From the NCBI GenBank assembly GCA_938083505.1, contig CALKCF010000002.1, forward strand, positions 143,065 through 207,064: 64,000 bases of DNA. Reading direction: 5' to 3'. Below, piece after piece: positions 21,463 through 32,032 of this stretch; positions within the stretch are counted from its first letter, which is position 1, and each line of letters starts with the position of its first letter. Origin of the DNA: an uncultured archaeon. GTDB lineage: Archaea > Thermoproteota > Nitrososphaeria_A > Caldarchaeales > Wolframiiraptoraceae. Under the pieces are notes generated by a model, which saw nothing but the letters and a program-made list of their open reading frames with translations, ran no database searches and was not told the DNA's origin. A program made the position numbers and the translations under genes.

Positions 21463-22680
21463 TTAAGGACCTATATAGCCGAGAGATGTTTGACAGATCA
21501 CTGTCTTAAGTCCAATACCCTTTAAAGTCTTCCAAACGTTTAACATCTCCGTATAGCTAGGCCTGGAGATCGTAACATTCCTAAACTCTGGCCTATAGTC
21601 AAGGACGCAAATCTGTACGCTCTCGTCTATCTTTGCAACCCTCTCGCCGATCATTATCATCTCATCCATGCTGATAAGCGCCTTGTTGTATGGTATGCCA
21701 ACACCGATGAATAACCTTTCTTTGTAATTGTCTACTAGGTACCTAAACGCATCCCAAGACGTTTTTAGATACTTCTCGGCGAGCTCGCGGTCTTTTATAC
21801 CGGTTATTCTCATGAAAGTTTCAACTTTCAATCCCTTGAGGTCAGGCCCTATGTCTGTCATTCCTACATCAACAAGTTCGTCTATATAATCTCTCGTGAG
21901 TATCGTCGCATTTGTATCTATATGTATCCTTACATCGCTGTCTTGGTTAAGTTCCTTTAACGTTTTAACATAACTTAAGAGCCATTTTCTATTGAGTGTG
22001 CTTTCGCCTCCTGATATGGCCATCCTGTTCACTCGATACCTCTTTCTCATGTAAGTTGTTATTCTCGCCGCCTCGGAAGGTGATATGGGTCTACCTTTAC
22101 CGCAATAAGTCGTTGTCCAATTTTGGCATTGTGGACACCTTAGGTTGCATCCGCATGAAAAGCATGCAATCTCTATGTATTTATCACATTTTAGCCACCA
22201 AGGTGTTCCCACACCACCAACCGGATGGTCCGTCCAATCGTGCAGTATCCTCTTCGGAACATAGTTTTCTGGAAGTTCTGTTGATATTTCCATACCTTCT
22301 TTGACGCTGGTGATACAGCTCAGCATCAGTTCACCGTTCATTAGCACTACACAAGAGTAACAACCTCCGACAGAACATGGGGCGAATATACTGTCCTTCT
22401 CTGGAAAGCTTGAGAATCTATACCCGATTGGTTCTAAAGCTACCTTTACGGTACTCCTTTCTGGTACCCAGAACTATTCAGCATTTACTTTAATCTTGAT
22501 ATCCTTTGTTTTTGTCCTCTCGAACATACTAATAGCATTCCCTGGGCACGCTAGTTGGCATGCGCCACAACCGATGCACAGATCTTCCAAGAATAGCTTT
22601 CCGGCAGGGCATGCTACTATCTCCTCGCATGCGCCACATCCCAAGCACCTATCTGGTATTCTTTTAGTAAATCTTAACAT
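21463..22680 (-). pseudogene. ferredoxin + 2Fe-2S-like + radical SAM (activase-like) protein interrupted by one in-frame TAG
   Basis: ORFs 22474-22680 and 21463-22347 are in frame and separated only by TAG at 22474-22476; CLGCGAC, CIGCGAC..CP, CSVGGCYSC, CNLRCPQCQN, SGGE, DTN motifs. Confidence 0.8.
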
Positions 22681-22839
22681 TCAAGCAAAAATTATTTTTG
22701 TGCCAGTTAAGGTTAATCCTAAACCTGAAAAATTTAAGCATAAAGGCTTGTAGGTAACTGTATTTAAACGTGAGCCTAAACTGTTATAAAACAACACTTA
22801 ATAGCACCTCTAAGCCCTTTACCAAAAGGGTAAGCCGCC

Positions 22840-23229
22840 TTGGGAGGCCCTAAGAAACCCACGTTGTCCCAGATTGAAAAGAAGCAAAGGAAGACACAAC
22901 AAAAGCCTTCCGAGAAGAAGGAGTCAGCGCCGCAGAAGTACATAGGCAGCATAGCCTTACCAGATGAGAGGGACGTCGTAAACTACATCAAGAGCATGAA
23001 GTATGCTACGCCATACCTAATTTCTGAGAAATACGGAATCAGGCTGTCCGTTGCAAAGAACCTATTGAATAGTCTGGCATCAAAGGGATTGCTCGTGCCA
23101 ATAGTCGGCGATAACAGGTTAAGGATATTTGCGCCAGCGCATGCCATAGCAGAGCCCGTAAAAACTCTGGAGGTAGTAAAAAAATCCGAGCCTACGGAGA
23201 CAAAATCCAAGTCAAAAAAGAAGAAATAA
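22840..23229 (+). CDS. rps25e: ribosomal protein S25e
   Basis: MGGPKKPT.., TPYLISEKYGIRLSVAK.LL..L. Confidence 0.9.
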   Translation: MGGPKKPTLSQIEKKQRKTQQKPSEKKESAPQKYIGSIALPDERDVVNYIKSMKYATPYLISEKYGIRLSVAKNLLNSLASKGLLVPIVGDNRLRIFAPAHAIAEPVKTLEVVKKSEPTETKSKSKKKK

Positions 23230-23233
23230 GTTT

Positions 23234-23623
23234 TTAACTTTTGATGACCCTTATTCTGACTCCGGGCCTCGTCTTTGCGAGTACAGTTAAATCACCAGAT
23301 AATTTTCCGACTTTCACTGTCTGAGCATAAGGCTTAGCTTTCTTGAAGACGAAACCCAGGGCGCCGGTTGGAGGCCAGAAGATCATGTCACCGTGCTCCA
23401 CTTCTTCTACTGACCTTTCAGCACCTCTCACTACATGAGTTTCTATGTAAACCGCATAATCCCAAAGCCCAGCCATACCTTCTATCGGCAAGAGCCTTAC
23501 GAGTTCTGTCACCGTCGCTGGTGCTAAAAATTTTATCAGCTCGGCCTCATATTCGCCCACATTCTCGATCCAAACTTTCACCGGAACCCTTATCGGAACT
23601 GACATACCCAGCTTACTCACCAT
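23234..23623 (-). CDS. cyclophilin-like fold protein (DUF369/TM1367-like)
   Basis: AP.TV..L...LP, W..VY, GD..FWPP motifs. Confidence 0.75.
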   Translation of the reverse strand: MVSKLGMSVPIRVPVKVWIENVGEYEAELIKFLAPATVTELVRLLPIEGMAGLWDYAVYIETHVVRGAERSVEEVEHGDMIFWPPTGALGFVFKKAKPYAQTVKVGKLSGDLTVLAKTRPGVRIRVIKS

Positions 23624-24860
23624 ACATTGGAACTTTACCTAGGTAATTCATAATTATTGACATAAGTTCAACCCCTCTTATTCTACCGAGTGTGCCTACT
23701 GCGCAAGATATTTCGTCAAACTTCTTAACATTCCCATACCTTGCACCCGGCGCGTACAAAGCCACAGGAACTGGGTCACCAGTGTGTTCTCCAACCTCCG
23801 ATGGTGTTGTGTGGTCGCTCGTTATAACTATGCATGTTTCTTCTAAGTTTACCTCTGATATTATTGTGGAGAATGCTGCATCTATTTTTGATATTATTTC
23901 GACCTTCTTTGTTGGATTTTTATCATGGCTTACGATATCTGTCGCTTTAATGTGCACGAGTACAACATCATAAACCTTAATGGCGTTTATTGCCGCCCTC
24001 ATCTTAGCATCCAAGTTCGTGTCCACCGTACCTGTTGCACCTTTCACTTCGAGAACGTCAAAACCTACCGCCTTGCATACGCCCTTATAAACGGCACCAC
24101 CTGCTATGACTACGGCCTTAACGCCGAATTTCATCGGAAACTTCTCTATCACCGGCAGGGTTCCAGCACCCCTTGGCAATACTATATTGGCCGGGGGTTG
24201 ACCACGCTTTGTCCTACGTTTATTAACCTCGTGTTCTGTGAGCACCTTTCTCGAAATTTCAACGAACTCGTTCAAAGCGTCTGCTGTCTTTTTCGCAGCA
24301 GAGGAATCCGTTAATGGTTTGGAGTGTAAGAACTTCACACCTGTTTTGTGAGGGTCGACGTCGGAAACGAATCTTGATAAACCCTCGTCCCTTAATATTA
24401 ACACGCCCCTGTGCTCTACCGTGTGCTTAAAAAGAACTTCGACATCCGAGCTTCTTGTGAGTCTTATACCATTTAAGCTTTCTGATAAAATTTTGGCATC
24501 TTCGTTAGATATCCTTCCTGCCCTTCTGTCAATCACTGTACCATCATCGCTTACGGTAGCAAAGTTACACCTGAAGGCTACGTCATTAGGTTCGAGCTCT
24601 ATACCAGCACCCAAGGCCTCGAAGGCACCCCTACCTGTATAATACTTATAGGGCTCATAACCAAGCATAGCCAGATGAGCTACGTCGCTACCAGGCGGCA
24701 CTCCCGGCGATATCACATCCATCAAACCGCACTCACCTCTCGACGCTACCCAGTCAAAGGACTTTGGCCTTGTCACTTGAAGTGGTGTGAGTCCTCCAAG
24801 CGTTGAGCATCGTCTATCCGCCATGCCGTCGCACACTAAGATGATGGCTTTGGATATCAC
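23613..24860 (-). CDS. apgM: 2,3-BPG-independent phosphoglycerate mutase (archaeal)
   Basis: DGMAD, PGSD.AHL, GRG.FEA.G, DRRAGRI, TSDH.TP, H.GDPVP. Confidence 0.95.
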   Translation of the reverse strand: MISKAIILVCDGMADRRCSTLGGLTPLQVTRPKSFDWVASRGECGLMDVISPGVPPGSDVAHLAMLGYEPYKYYTGRGAFEALGAGIELEPNDVAFRCNFATVSDDGTVIDRRAGRISNEDAKILSESLNGIRLTRSSDVEVLFKHTVEHRGVLILRDEGLSRFVSDVDPHKTGVKFLHSKPLTDSSAAKKTADALNEFVEISRKVLTEHEVNKRRTKRGQPPANIVLPRGAGTLPVIEKFPMKFGVKAVVIAGGAVYKGVCKAVGFDVLEVKGATGTVDTNLDAKMRAAINAIKVYDVVLVHIKATDIVSHDKNPTKKVEIISKIDAAFSTIISEVNLEETCIVITSDHTTPSEVGEHTGDPVPVALYAPGARYGNVKKFDEISCAVGTLGRIRGVELMSIIMNYLGKVPMYGE

Positions 24861-24982
24861 GTAGAACTACGCATTATACTAATGTTTAAGTTTTGTCTGA
24901 CTTTGTTTTTACTTAGAGTCATCTGAAATAGCGCATATTTTGCTAGCGTTTAAATATCTCGTTGAAAACTGTTGATAAGGGA

Positions 24983-25987
24983 ATGGGTCAGAAGGAAAAA
25001 GTGAAAGAGAAGGAGAAAAAGACGTTTGTGGATATAGAGGATTTGCCGTCAGTCGGTCAGGCCACAGCAGAAAAGCTCAGGGAGATAGGGTATAGTACAA
25101 TAGAGGCATTAGCGACTGCGACGGTATCAGAGCTGGTTGCTGCTGGTATCGGAGAGAAAAAGGCAGCTGAGATAATAGCCGCAGCTAGACAAGCGATAGA
25201 GATCTCATGGGTGACAGCAAAGGACCTAGCATCGCTTAGGATGAATGTTGGTAGGATAACGACAGGTGTCAAACAGTTAGATGCTTTAATAGGTGGCGGT
25301 GTAGAGACGCAAAGCATAACTGAGTTCTATGGTGAGTTTGGTAGCGGAAAGTCTCAACTATGCCACCAATTGGCCGTATGCGTACAACTGCCTCCTGAAA
25401 GGGGTGGTTTGAACGGTGCGGCGCTTTACATAGATACGGAGAATACGTTCAGGATCGAGAGGGTTGAAAACATTGCAAAGCGCTTCGGGCTAGATTTTGA
25501 AGAAGTATCCAAAAGGATAATATACGCTGAAGCATATACGAGTGACCATCAGATGCTACTTCTTGAAAAATCCGATAGAGTGATAAAGGAAAACAACGTG
25601 AGATTAATAATAATTGATTCGTTGACGTCCCACTTCAGAAGCGAATACATCGGCAGACAGACACTGGCTGAGAGGCAACAAAAACTTAACAAGCACCTCC
25701 ATAAACTGATAAGGCTTGCGAGAGCTTTCAACGCGGCTGCTGTGGTGACCAACCAAGTTATGGCAAGGCCGGATGAGTTCTTCTCACCGGCAGCCGTTTC
25801 ACCAGTAGGTGGACATATAGTCGGTCATACGAGTCACACCAGGGTATTCCTTCGCAAATCTGTTGGTAGAAACATAAGAATAGCGAGGCTTGTCTCGAGC
25901 CCCTATTTACCCGAAGGAGAGGCTGTGTTTAAGATAACCGAGAATGGTTTAGAAGATGTAGAAGAGGATGAGCTTAAGTCTAGGTGA
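24983..25987 (+). CDS. radA: DNA repair and recombination protein RadA
   Basis: [39 protein letters not shown]. Confidence 0.97.
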   Translation: MGQKEKVKEKEKKTFVDIEDLPSVGQATAEKLREIGYSTIEALATATVSELVAAGIGEKKAAEIIAAARQAIEISWVTAKDLASLRMNVGRITTGVKQLDALIGGGVETQSITEFYGEFGSGKSQLCHQLAVCVQLPPERGGLNGAALYIDTENTFRIERVENIAKRFGLDFEEVSKRIIYAEAYTSDHQMLLLEKSDRVIKENNVRLIIIDSLTSHFRSEYIGRQTLAERQQKLNKHLHKLIRLARAFNAAAVVTNQVMARPDEFFSPAAVSPVGGHIVGHTSHTRVFLRKSVGRNIRIARLVSSPYLPEGEAVFKITENGLEDVEEDELKSR

Positions 25988-26394
25988 TTCACATGCCACA
26001 ACTCAACAAAATGATAAAGACTTTCTACATCACACTGTTTAGTGGTAAAATTTCAGAAGCTGAGAAGGTTCTGGAGAAAATTAAGAAAAACTTGAGCGAT
26101 GAAAACGACACAGGTTATTATAATGCACTCTACGGCATATACTATGCTTATATAAATGATGATTTTGAATCCTTCGTGTATAAGATTTGGGTGGATGAGA
26201 GATTAAAGAAGCATAGGAGGAAGCTGGCAGAAGAATTTGAGAAGAAAGCTAAGCTACCATTTACAACAAACCCAGGTTTTTACAGGGCATGGTCAGATTT
26301 CCTCAACATGCTTCACGAGTTACCAGTTCCTCATAAAATCCCGCGAGGAGAGTCATCCAAAGAGTATGTTATAAAAGAGTATCCAACTCACTAA
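25984..26394 (+). CDS. conserved hypothetical protein coupled to radA
   Basis: Start overlaps the radA stop; helical, with GYYNAL/GFYRAW motifs. Confidence 0.7.
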   Translation: MIHMPQLNKMIKTFYITLFSGKISEAEKVLEKIKKNLSDENDTGYYNALYGIYYAYINDDFESFVYKIWVDERLKKHRRKLAEEFEKKAKLPFTTNPGFYRAWSDFLNMLHELPVPHKIPRGESSKEYVIKEYPTH

Positions 26395-26628
26395 CCAAAT
26401 GAGGAAATATGCTGCTAGACCTGTTATGTATGGTTTCTTAGTTTTCAAATAATCCCTCTGCGCCCTGAAGACAAATGGTGATAACACACTATACACCACG
26501 TAAATAAACACGGCGACCATTATGGCGATCATGGATGTGGGTTCGTGTAACCTTAAAAAAGCTGAGAAGAAGCCTACAAAGATTCCTAAGAAGACTTTAG
26601 ACCAGTATAACTTATCTTCGAGCTTCAT
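26353..26628 (-). CDS. 3-TM protein resembling EMC6/RAB5IF(OPTI)
   Basis: D.LYW...G..G...L N-terminus and G...F.IW.V.WI.FYN C-terminus. Confidence 0.65.
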   Translation of the reverse strand: MKLEDKLYWSKVFLGIFVGFFSAFLRLHEPTSMIAIMVAVFIYVVYSVLSPFVFRAQRDYLKTKKPYITGLAAYFLIWLVSWILFYNILFG

Positions 26629-26642
26629 CGCCTCAAACCTCG

Positions 26643-28583
26643 GTGGGTTTTATGGAAATATCAGCTCTTGAACTTTCCGTTCTGCTTAATGAGATATCGA
26701 ATACCCTGCTTGGGTATATAGTGGATAACGTGTATCAGCTTGATGATGGGAGTATCATTATTAAGCTAAGGGGTAAAGAAGGTAATTATGAGCTTAGGTT
26801 ATCAGCTGGCAAGTGTCTGTACTTCACACCCCATACATATCCAAAACCGAAGACACCAACAAGTCTCAGCATGAAGCTCAGAAGGTTCCTAAACGGGAGT
26901 CGACTCAAGTATTTGGAGCAGATAGACAATGAAAGGATTGCCGTCCTAGGTTTTGAGCGGAACTGTAGTTTAAAGCTGATTGTAGAACTCTTACCCAAGG
27001 GAAACTTAGTGCTCACTGATGAAACGAATAAGATTCTCGTCACACTCTTTCATATTAAGACAAAGGATAGAGAGATAGTAACAGGAAAAAATTACACACC
27101 ACCACCGCCTAGGTTCTCGCTGACAGCTCGTGTTGATGTAAGAGGAGTCGTGATGAACGCTAGCTCCAAAAAGAAGCTGGTATCATGGTTGGCATCCGAT
27201 TTGGGCCTAGGCGGCAAATATGCTGAGGAGGTGGTTGCAGTAGCTAACGTTGACAAGAACGCACCTGTAGATACACTTGACGAAAATGGAAGACGTAGAG
27301 TTGCTGAAGCTATTGAGCGCGTACTTATTGCATTCAAAGAACCGAAACCCCACGTAGCTAGGCGTGACGCAAACGTCAGGGCTGTCCCCTTTATCCTGAA
27401 GAGTCTAGAACGAGAAGGCTACTCTTTTGAATCAGTTAATTCATTTAACGAAGCAGTTGCAATAGAGTATGAGGCATTCTTAGTAAGTGAATATGAAAAT
27501 AGGATTATGAGGAATCTCAAGCAGAAGTTAAAGGAAATGCAGGAAAGTTTGGAAGCGAAAAGGGGCGCGATTAAAGAATTGGAGGCAAATATCGAACGCA
27601 TTAAAGGCGTTGCGGAGAGACTCTTTCTAGTATTGCACCGAGCGGAAAGTTTTAGGCAATCAATTAAAGAAGGGAGGACCGAATCTACGCCTGCTCTAAA
27701 AATCATCAAAGTAGATAGGGCGAGAGACATGGCAGTGATTTCTGTTAACGGCATAGAGTTTGAGCTTTTGTTAAGCGAGCCTGTTTCTAGACAGATAGAA
27801 AAGATGTTTGAGAAAGTGAAGAGGTTGAAGTTGGCAAAGGAGAGATTATTGAACGAGATAAGCAAGTTGGAGTCTGAGATTTCAAAGACAATGAGCGAGC
27901 TTGAATTAAGAAAACTCTCAGGGATTGAACATGTCAAACATAAAGTAGGTGAAAAGAAAACATGGCTTGAAAAATTCAGATGGTTTGAGACGTCAGAGGG
28001 TTTCTTGACAGTTGCTGGCAAGGATTCGTCTTCCAACATCGCATTGCTTAAAAAGTACCTACAACCTGGCGACCTAGTCTTTCATGCAGAAATAATCGGC
28101 GCTCCTGTCGTCATATTAAAAGGAGGTAGTAAGGCTAGTGAGCGCTCGATAGAAGAAGCTGCCCAGTTTGCCGCATCTTATAGTAAAGCATGGCGTGAAG
28201 GATTATCGTCTATTAACGTCTATTACGTTAAACCTGAGCAGGTGTCTTTCTCAGCACCATCTGGAGAATATCTTCCAAAGGGCTCTTTTATGGTTACGGG
28301 TAAGAGGAATTACGTTAAGACGGAACTGGCCGTTGCCTTCGGTCTTCGTAAAAGCGACGGAGTTTACGAATTAATACATGGCCCACCTTCTGCAGTAGCC
28401 GCTAAGTCTAAATCCCTTGTTAAAGTAATACCAGGTAATGAGGCGGCGGGTAGCTTAGCGCTAAAAATAGTTAGTTCGCTGTGCCGGCAGATAGAATGTG
28501 AACTGAGTAATGAGGAAAGACGTTCCTTAGCCGCATTAATAGCCCAGTTAATACCTTACGGAAAAGGCACCTTACAGAGATGA
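26643..28583 (+). CDS. rqcH: Rqc2/NEMF (NFACT) ribosome quality-control protein
   Basis: NFACT-N (LRR.L....L..EQ...ERI, IVEL..GN), coiled coil, W.EKFRWF.TSEGFL..AGKD..N, APSGEYLPKGSF. Confidence 0.9.
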   Translation: MGFMEISALELSVLLNEISNTLLGYIVDNVYQLDDGSIIIKLRGKEGNYELRLSAGKCLYFTPHTYPKPKTPTSLSMKLRRFLNGSRLKYLEQIDNERIAVLGFERNCSLKLIVELLPKGNLVLTDETNKILVTLFHIKTKDREIVTGKNYTPPPPRFSLTARVDVRGVVMNASSKKKLVSWLASDLGLGGKYAEEVVAVANVDKNAPVDTLDENGRRRVAEAIERVLIAFKEPKPHVARRDANVRAVPFILKSLEREGYSFESVNSFNEAVAIEYEAFLVSEYENRIMRNLKQKLKEMQESLEAKRGAIKELEANIERIKGVAERLFLVLHRAESFRQSIKEGRTESTPALKIIKVDRARDMAVISVNGIEFELLLSEPVSRQIEKMFEKVKRLKLAKERLLNEISKLESEISKTMSELELRKLSGIEHVKHKVGEKKTWLEKFRWFETSEGFLTVAGKDSSSNIALLKKYLQPGDLVFHAEIIGAPVVILKGGSKASERSIEEAAQFAASYSKAWREGLSSINVYYVKPEQVSFSAPSGEYLPKGSFMVTGKRNYVKTELAVAFGLRKSDGVYELIHGPPSAVAAKSKSLVKVIPGNEAAGSLALKIVSSLCRQIECELSNEERRSLAALIAQLIPYGKGTLQR

Positions 28584-28630
28584 CAACAAATTTAATATCT
28601 AACACCAATCACTAATCATGCAGAGGTCGG

Positions 28631-29218
28631 ATGGTTAAGCCAATTTCTCTTGCGGAAGAATTAAGGGTAAAGGACATAATGAGTAGCCCTGTGATTGATG
28701 CTGATGTTGAAGAGACCGCGGAGGATGTTGCGAACAAGATGGTACGTTACGACATAGGTAGCGTGGTAGTAACCGAGAAGGGCTTTCCAATCGGGATAAT
28801 AACGAAAAGAGACTTGGTATATAAAGTCGTTGCGAAAAACCTGAAACCGAGTGAGGTTAAGGCCAAAGATATAATGAGTAGTCCCATACACGTCGCGAAC
28901 CCAGACGACCTAATAGACAACGCATTAAGGGAGATGAATAAGTTGAAGATTGACCATCTCGCGGTCGTTCATAAGGATAAACTTGTGGGCATAATTAGCA
29001 CAACCGATATCTTGCAGGTAACACCGGAAATACTAGACATTGTTAGAGAAAAGATGAGGATGAGTAATGTGAAAGCTGGTAGTGAGACCTACACAGAAGG
29101 ATTTTGTGACGCTTGTGGTGAATGGTCAGACATGCTACTTAGAGTTGACGACCAATACCTATGTGAAGATTGTAGAATGGAACTAGAAAGAAGGGGTGGA
29201 AGAGAGTCGGAGGGTTGA
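28631..29218 (+). CDS. CBS-pair protein with C-terminal Zn ribbon
   Basis: Two VKDIMSSP CBS repeats; CDAC...CEDC. Confidence 0.88.
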   Translation: MVKPISLAEELRVKDIMSSPVIDADVEETAEDVANKMVRYDIGSVVVTEKGFPIGIITKRDLVYKVVAKNLKPSEVKAKDIMSSPIHVANPDDLIDNALREMNKLKIDHLAVVHKDKLVGIISTTDILQVTPEILDIVREKMRMSNVKAGSETYTEGFCDACGEWSDMLLRVDDQYLCEDCRMELERRGGRESEG

Positions 29219-29655
29219 TTCAAGAGAAGAGGTTTTTGGTTAACTCTATGTTAGGAAGTCTTGTAACTTGGCTTAGAATTCTGGGCTACGATACAAAATA
29301 CTGGAAAGGGGATGATAAGGAGATGATCGAGATAGCGAAGAAGGAAGGAAGGATAATTCTAACAAAGGACAAGGGTGTTGTAAGGTCTGCTGAGAGGGGC
29401 GGTATACCTGTGCTAAATTTATCGAACTCGAACATACCAGAAGCTCTAGCGAAAATTGCTGAAACTTTTGAAATAGATTTGGAATTTGACGGGAATAGAA
29501 CGCGTTGCCCTATATGTAACACACCGTTAAAGAGTTACGATTCCCGTTGGCTTTGCGGTAGGTGTGGAAAGGAGTATTGGATAGGAAGTCACTGGGCTGA
29601 TATAAGCAAGAAGTTATCAGAGGCAAGAAAGATATATTTAAGAAGTAAAAGTTAA
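29215..29655 (+). CDS. Mut7-C RNase domain protein
   Basis: MLG.L..WLR.LGYDT, RIILTKD, RCPICN, CGRCG..YW.GSH. Confidence 0.88.
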   Translation: MIQEKRFLVNSMLGSLVTWLRILGYDTKYWKGDDKEMIEIAKKEGRIILTKDKGVVRSAERGGIPVLNLSNSNIPEALAKIAETFEIDLEFDGNRTRCPICNTPLKSYDSRWLCGRCGKEYWIGSHWADISKKLSEARKIYLRSKS

Positions 29656-29705
29656 TGATAACCATGTACTAAAACAAATAATAACAAGCTCTTTAACATT
29701 ATGTT

Positions 29706-30329
29706 TTGATGAGTTTGCTGAGTTTGGATGAGGGTGTAAAGCTCGTAAAGCTTGCAAGGACCGCGATACAAGGATATTTAAAACATGGTAAAATACACAT
29801 GGTAGCTGACGAAGGTGGAATTCCGACAAAGAAAACAGGGGTGTTCGTCTCGCTTTACACATACCCCGAATGTGAGCTTAGGGGCTGTATAGGCTTTCCT
29901 TTACCGGTGATGAGTCTTCCAGAGGCCACGGTGAAGGCTGCGATCGCCGCGGCGACTGAAGACCCCAGATTTCCACCCGTAGAGCCCGCCGAGATTGATA
30001 GAATTGTAATAGAGGTGAGCGTGCTAAGCGTTCCGGAGAAGATAGAATTTACGGATCCAAAAGAGTTGCCGTCTAAGATTATCATAGGAAGGGACGGTTT
30101 GATGATAAAGAGCAGTCGAGGTTCTGGATTACTTCTTCCCCAAGTGCCAGTGGAATATGGATGGGATTCTGAAGAGTTTCTGTGTCACCTTTGCATGAAG
30201 GCAGGTCTGCCAGCTACTTATTGGCTGACCGGAAAGTTTGATATTTATAGATTCACTGCCGAGATATTCGCTGAAGAGAGTCCAGGAGGGAAAGTTATCA
30301 AGAAAGAGCTGAAGGGTTGTGAAGTTTGA
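29706..30329 (+). CDS. AMMECR1-family protein
   Basis: GVFVSL, LRGCIG, DPRF, GLLLPQV, LC.KAG. Confidence 0.93.
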   Translation: MMSLLSLDEGVKLVKLARTAIQGYLKHGKIHMVADEGGIPTKKTGVFVSLYTYPECELRGCIGFPLPVMSLPEATVKAAIAAATEDPRFPPVEPAEIDRIVIEVSVLSVPEKIEFTDPKELPSKIIIGRDGLMIKSSRGSGLLLPQVPVEYGWDSEEFLCHLCMKAGLPATYWLTGKFDIYRFTAEIFAEESPGGKVIKKELKGCEV

Positions 30330-31489
30330 GGGCGTACTTTGGTGTCTGCGGAATTGGCATGGGTCATGCAGCCAGGAGCTCGCTTCTCATTAGATCGTTA
30401 GTTAAAAATAGATGGGAAGTTGCAGTTTCGTGCTACGGCGACGGTGTAGAATACTTCGAGGCTCTTGGCATCCCTGTTAATAAGATCAACCCAGTATCTT
30501 ATGGTGTCCTTCCGGATGGTAAAGTCAGCATAAAGATGACTATATTTAAAAATCTTAACCTTCCGCTCAAGGTATCATTCCAGACTGCAAGAGAAGTTTC
30601 CAACATATCTTGTTTTAATCCTTCCGTTGTTATATCCGACACTAGGATATCAACAATCATAGCTGCAAAGTTGTTGGGCTACCCTGTCATGCTTATACTC
30701 AACCAATTTAATGTATTGGTGGAATACCACAAGTATAAAACACTAGTTGAACTCGTCGAAGGTGGTGCGCAAATCGTCACCAAGTTTTGGGAGATGGCAG
30801 ACAGGATCGTGATATCGGATTTTCCACCACCTTACACTATATCGCGAGCTAACCTTCTGCTGAGTGATGTCGCAAAGTCGAAGAGTACATTCATAGGTCC
30901 GTTATTCGATACATCGGGGCAAAACCTGTTAACGAAAGAAGAGGTCTGTAAGAAATACAGAATTCCACCGGAGAAGCCGTTGATTTTTGCACATATTAGT
31001 GGACCGGTACTTGAGAAGCTCACACTTGCTGAAAAACTTGTTAAAATTGTTAGAAAACTTGACAAATACTTCTTTGTCATAACACTCGCAGAGCCAAAGG
31101 CATCTAACGTAAAAAGAGAGAAAAACATTCTACTCATGAATTGGGTCGAAAATCCTGACGAACTTTACAATGTATCCGATGTGGTCATATCGAGATCAGG
31201 GCATGGAAGCATTACGAAGGCGCTAGCGTTCGGAAAGCCCATGGTATTAATACCCATAAGGGCTCATGGTGAGCAGAAGTCAAACGCCGAATCGGTTGCA
31301 AAACATGGTGCTGGTATATTAATTGATGAAGATGAATTAGACGAGAGTGTCCTTGAAAGTGCATTAGATAGAATTCTTAACGAGGATGCGTACTTAAAGA
31401 TTGCCCTTTCTTTCAAGAGGTTGATGGAAAGGCTGGACCCCGTAAACGTCACAATCTCGATGATTGAGAAATTAGCGCATAAACCTTAA
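30326..31489 (+). CDS. GT28/MurG-like glycosyltransferase
   Basis: G.GMGHA.R, ISRSG..S, P....EQ..NA. Confidence 0.88.
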   Translation: MRAYFGVCGIGMGHAARSSLLIRSLVKNRWEVAVSCYGDGVEYFEALGIPVNKINPVSYGVLPDGKVSIKMTIFKNLNLPLKVSFQTAREVSNISCFNPSVVISDTRISTIIAAKLLGYPVMLILNQFNVLVEYHKYKTLVELVEGGAQIVTKFWEMADRIVISDFPPPYTISRANLLLSDVAKSKSTFIGPLFDTSGQNLLTKEEVCKKYRIPPEKPLIFAHISGPVLEKLTLAEKLVKIVRKLDKYFFVITLAEPKASNVKREKNILLMNWVENPDELYNVSDVVISRSGHGSITKALAFGKPMVLIPIRAHGEQKSNAESVAKHGAGILIDEDELDESVLESALDRILNEDAYLKIALSFKRLMERLDPVNVTISMIEKLAHKP

Positions 31490-32032
31490 CCACTCAACAA
31501 GCAGTCTGAGAGATTTCCCTCTATGTGATACTGCGTTCTTCTCTTCAGTAGTCATCTCGGCGAAGGTCTTCCCATAACCTTCTTCTGGCACAAATATAGG
31601 GTCAAAGCCGAAACCACTCGACCCTTTAGGTTCATGAGAAATTTTTCCAATGCATACACCGCTGAAAAGTGAAGGGGGTTCTCCGGATATCTTGCATGCT
31701 ATGCATGACTTAAAGAACGCTGCCCTATTTTCTTTTTCCTCCATCAGCTTCAGTATGCCGGTGACACCTATCGTTCTATAGACGTAAGACGAGTAAGGTC
31801 CCGGGAAACCGTTTAGGCATTCAATGAAAAGACCGGCGTCCTCAACGAACACCGGCTTCTTTAAAACCCCATAAGCCTCTTCGCAGCTCCTCATCGCTAT
31901 TTCCTCAAGATTGTCGGATTGTATCTCGGTAAGCTTTATTGCACACACATCTATCTCAATACCAAAAGTTTTCAGCAGGTTCCTGACCTCATTAGCCTTC
32001 CCTCTGTTTGTTGTCACGAAGGTTAACCTCAA
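31472..32032 (-). CDS. rdgB: non-canonical purine NTP pyrophosphatase (RdgB/Ham1)
   Basis: T.N.GK, EDAGL, GFPGPYS, FGFDPIF, EKN.VSHR. Confidence 0.95.
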   Translation of the reverse strand: MRLTFVTTNRGKANEVRNLLKTFGIEIDVCAIKLTEIQSDNLEEIAMRSCEEAYGVLKKPVFVEDAGLFIECLNGFPGPYSSYVYRTIGVTGILKLMEEKENRAAFFKSCIACKISGEPPSLFSGVCIGKISHEPKGSSGFGFDPIFVPEEGYGKTFAEMTTEEKNAVSHRGKSLRLLVEWLRFMR

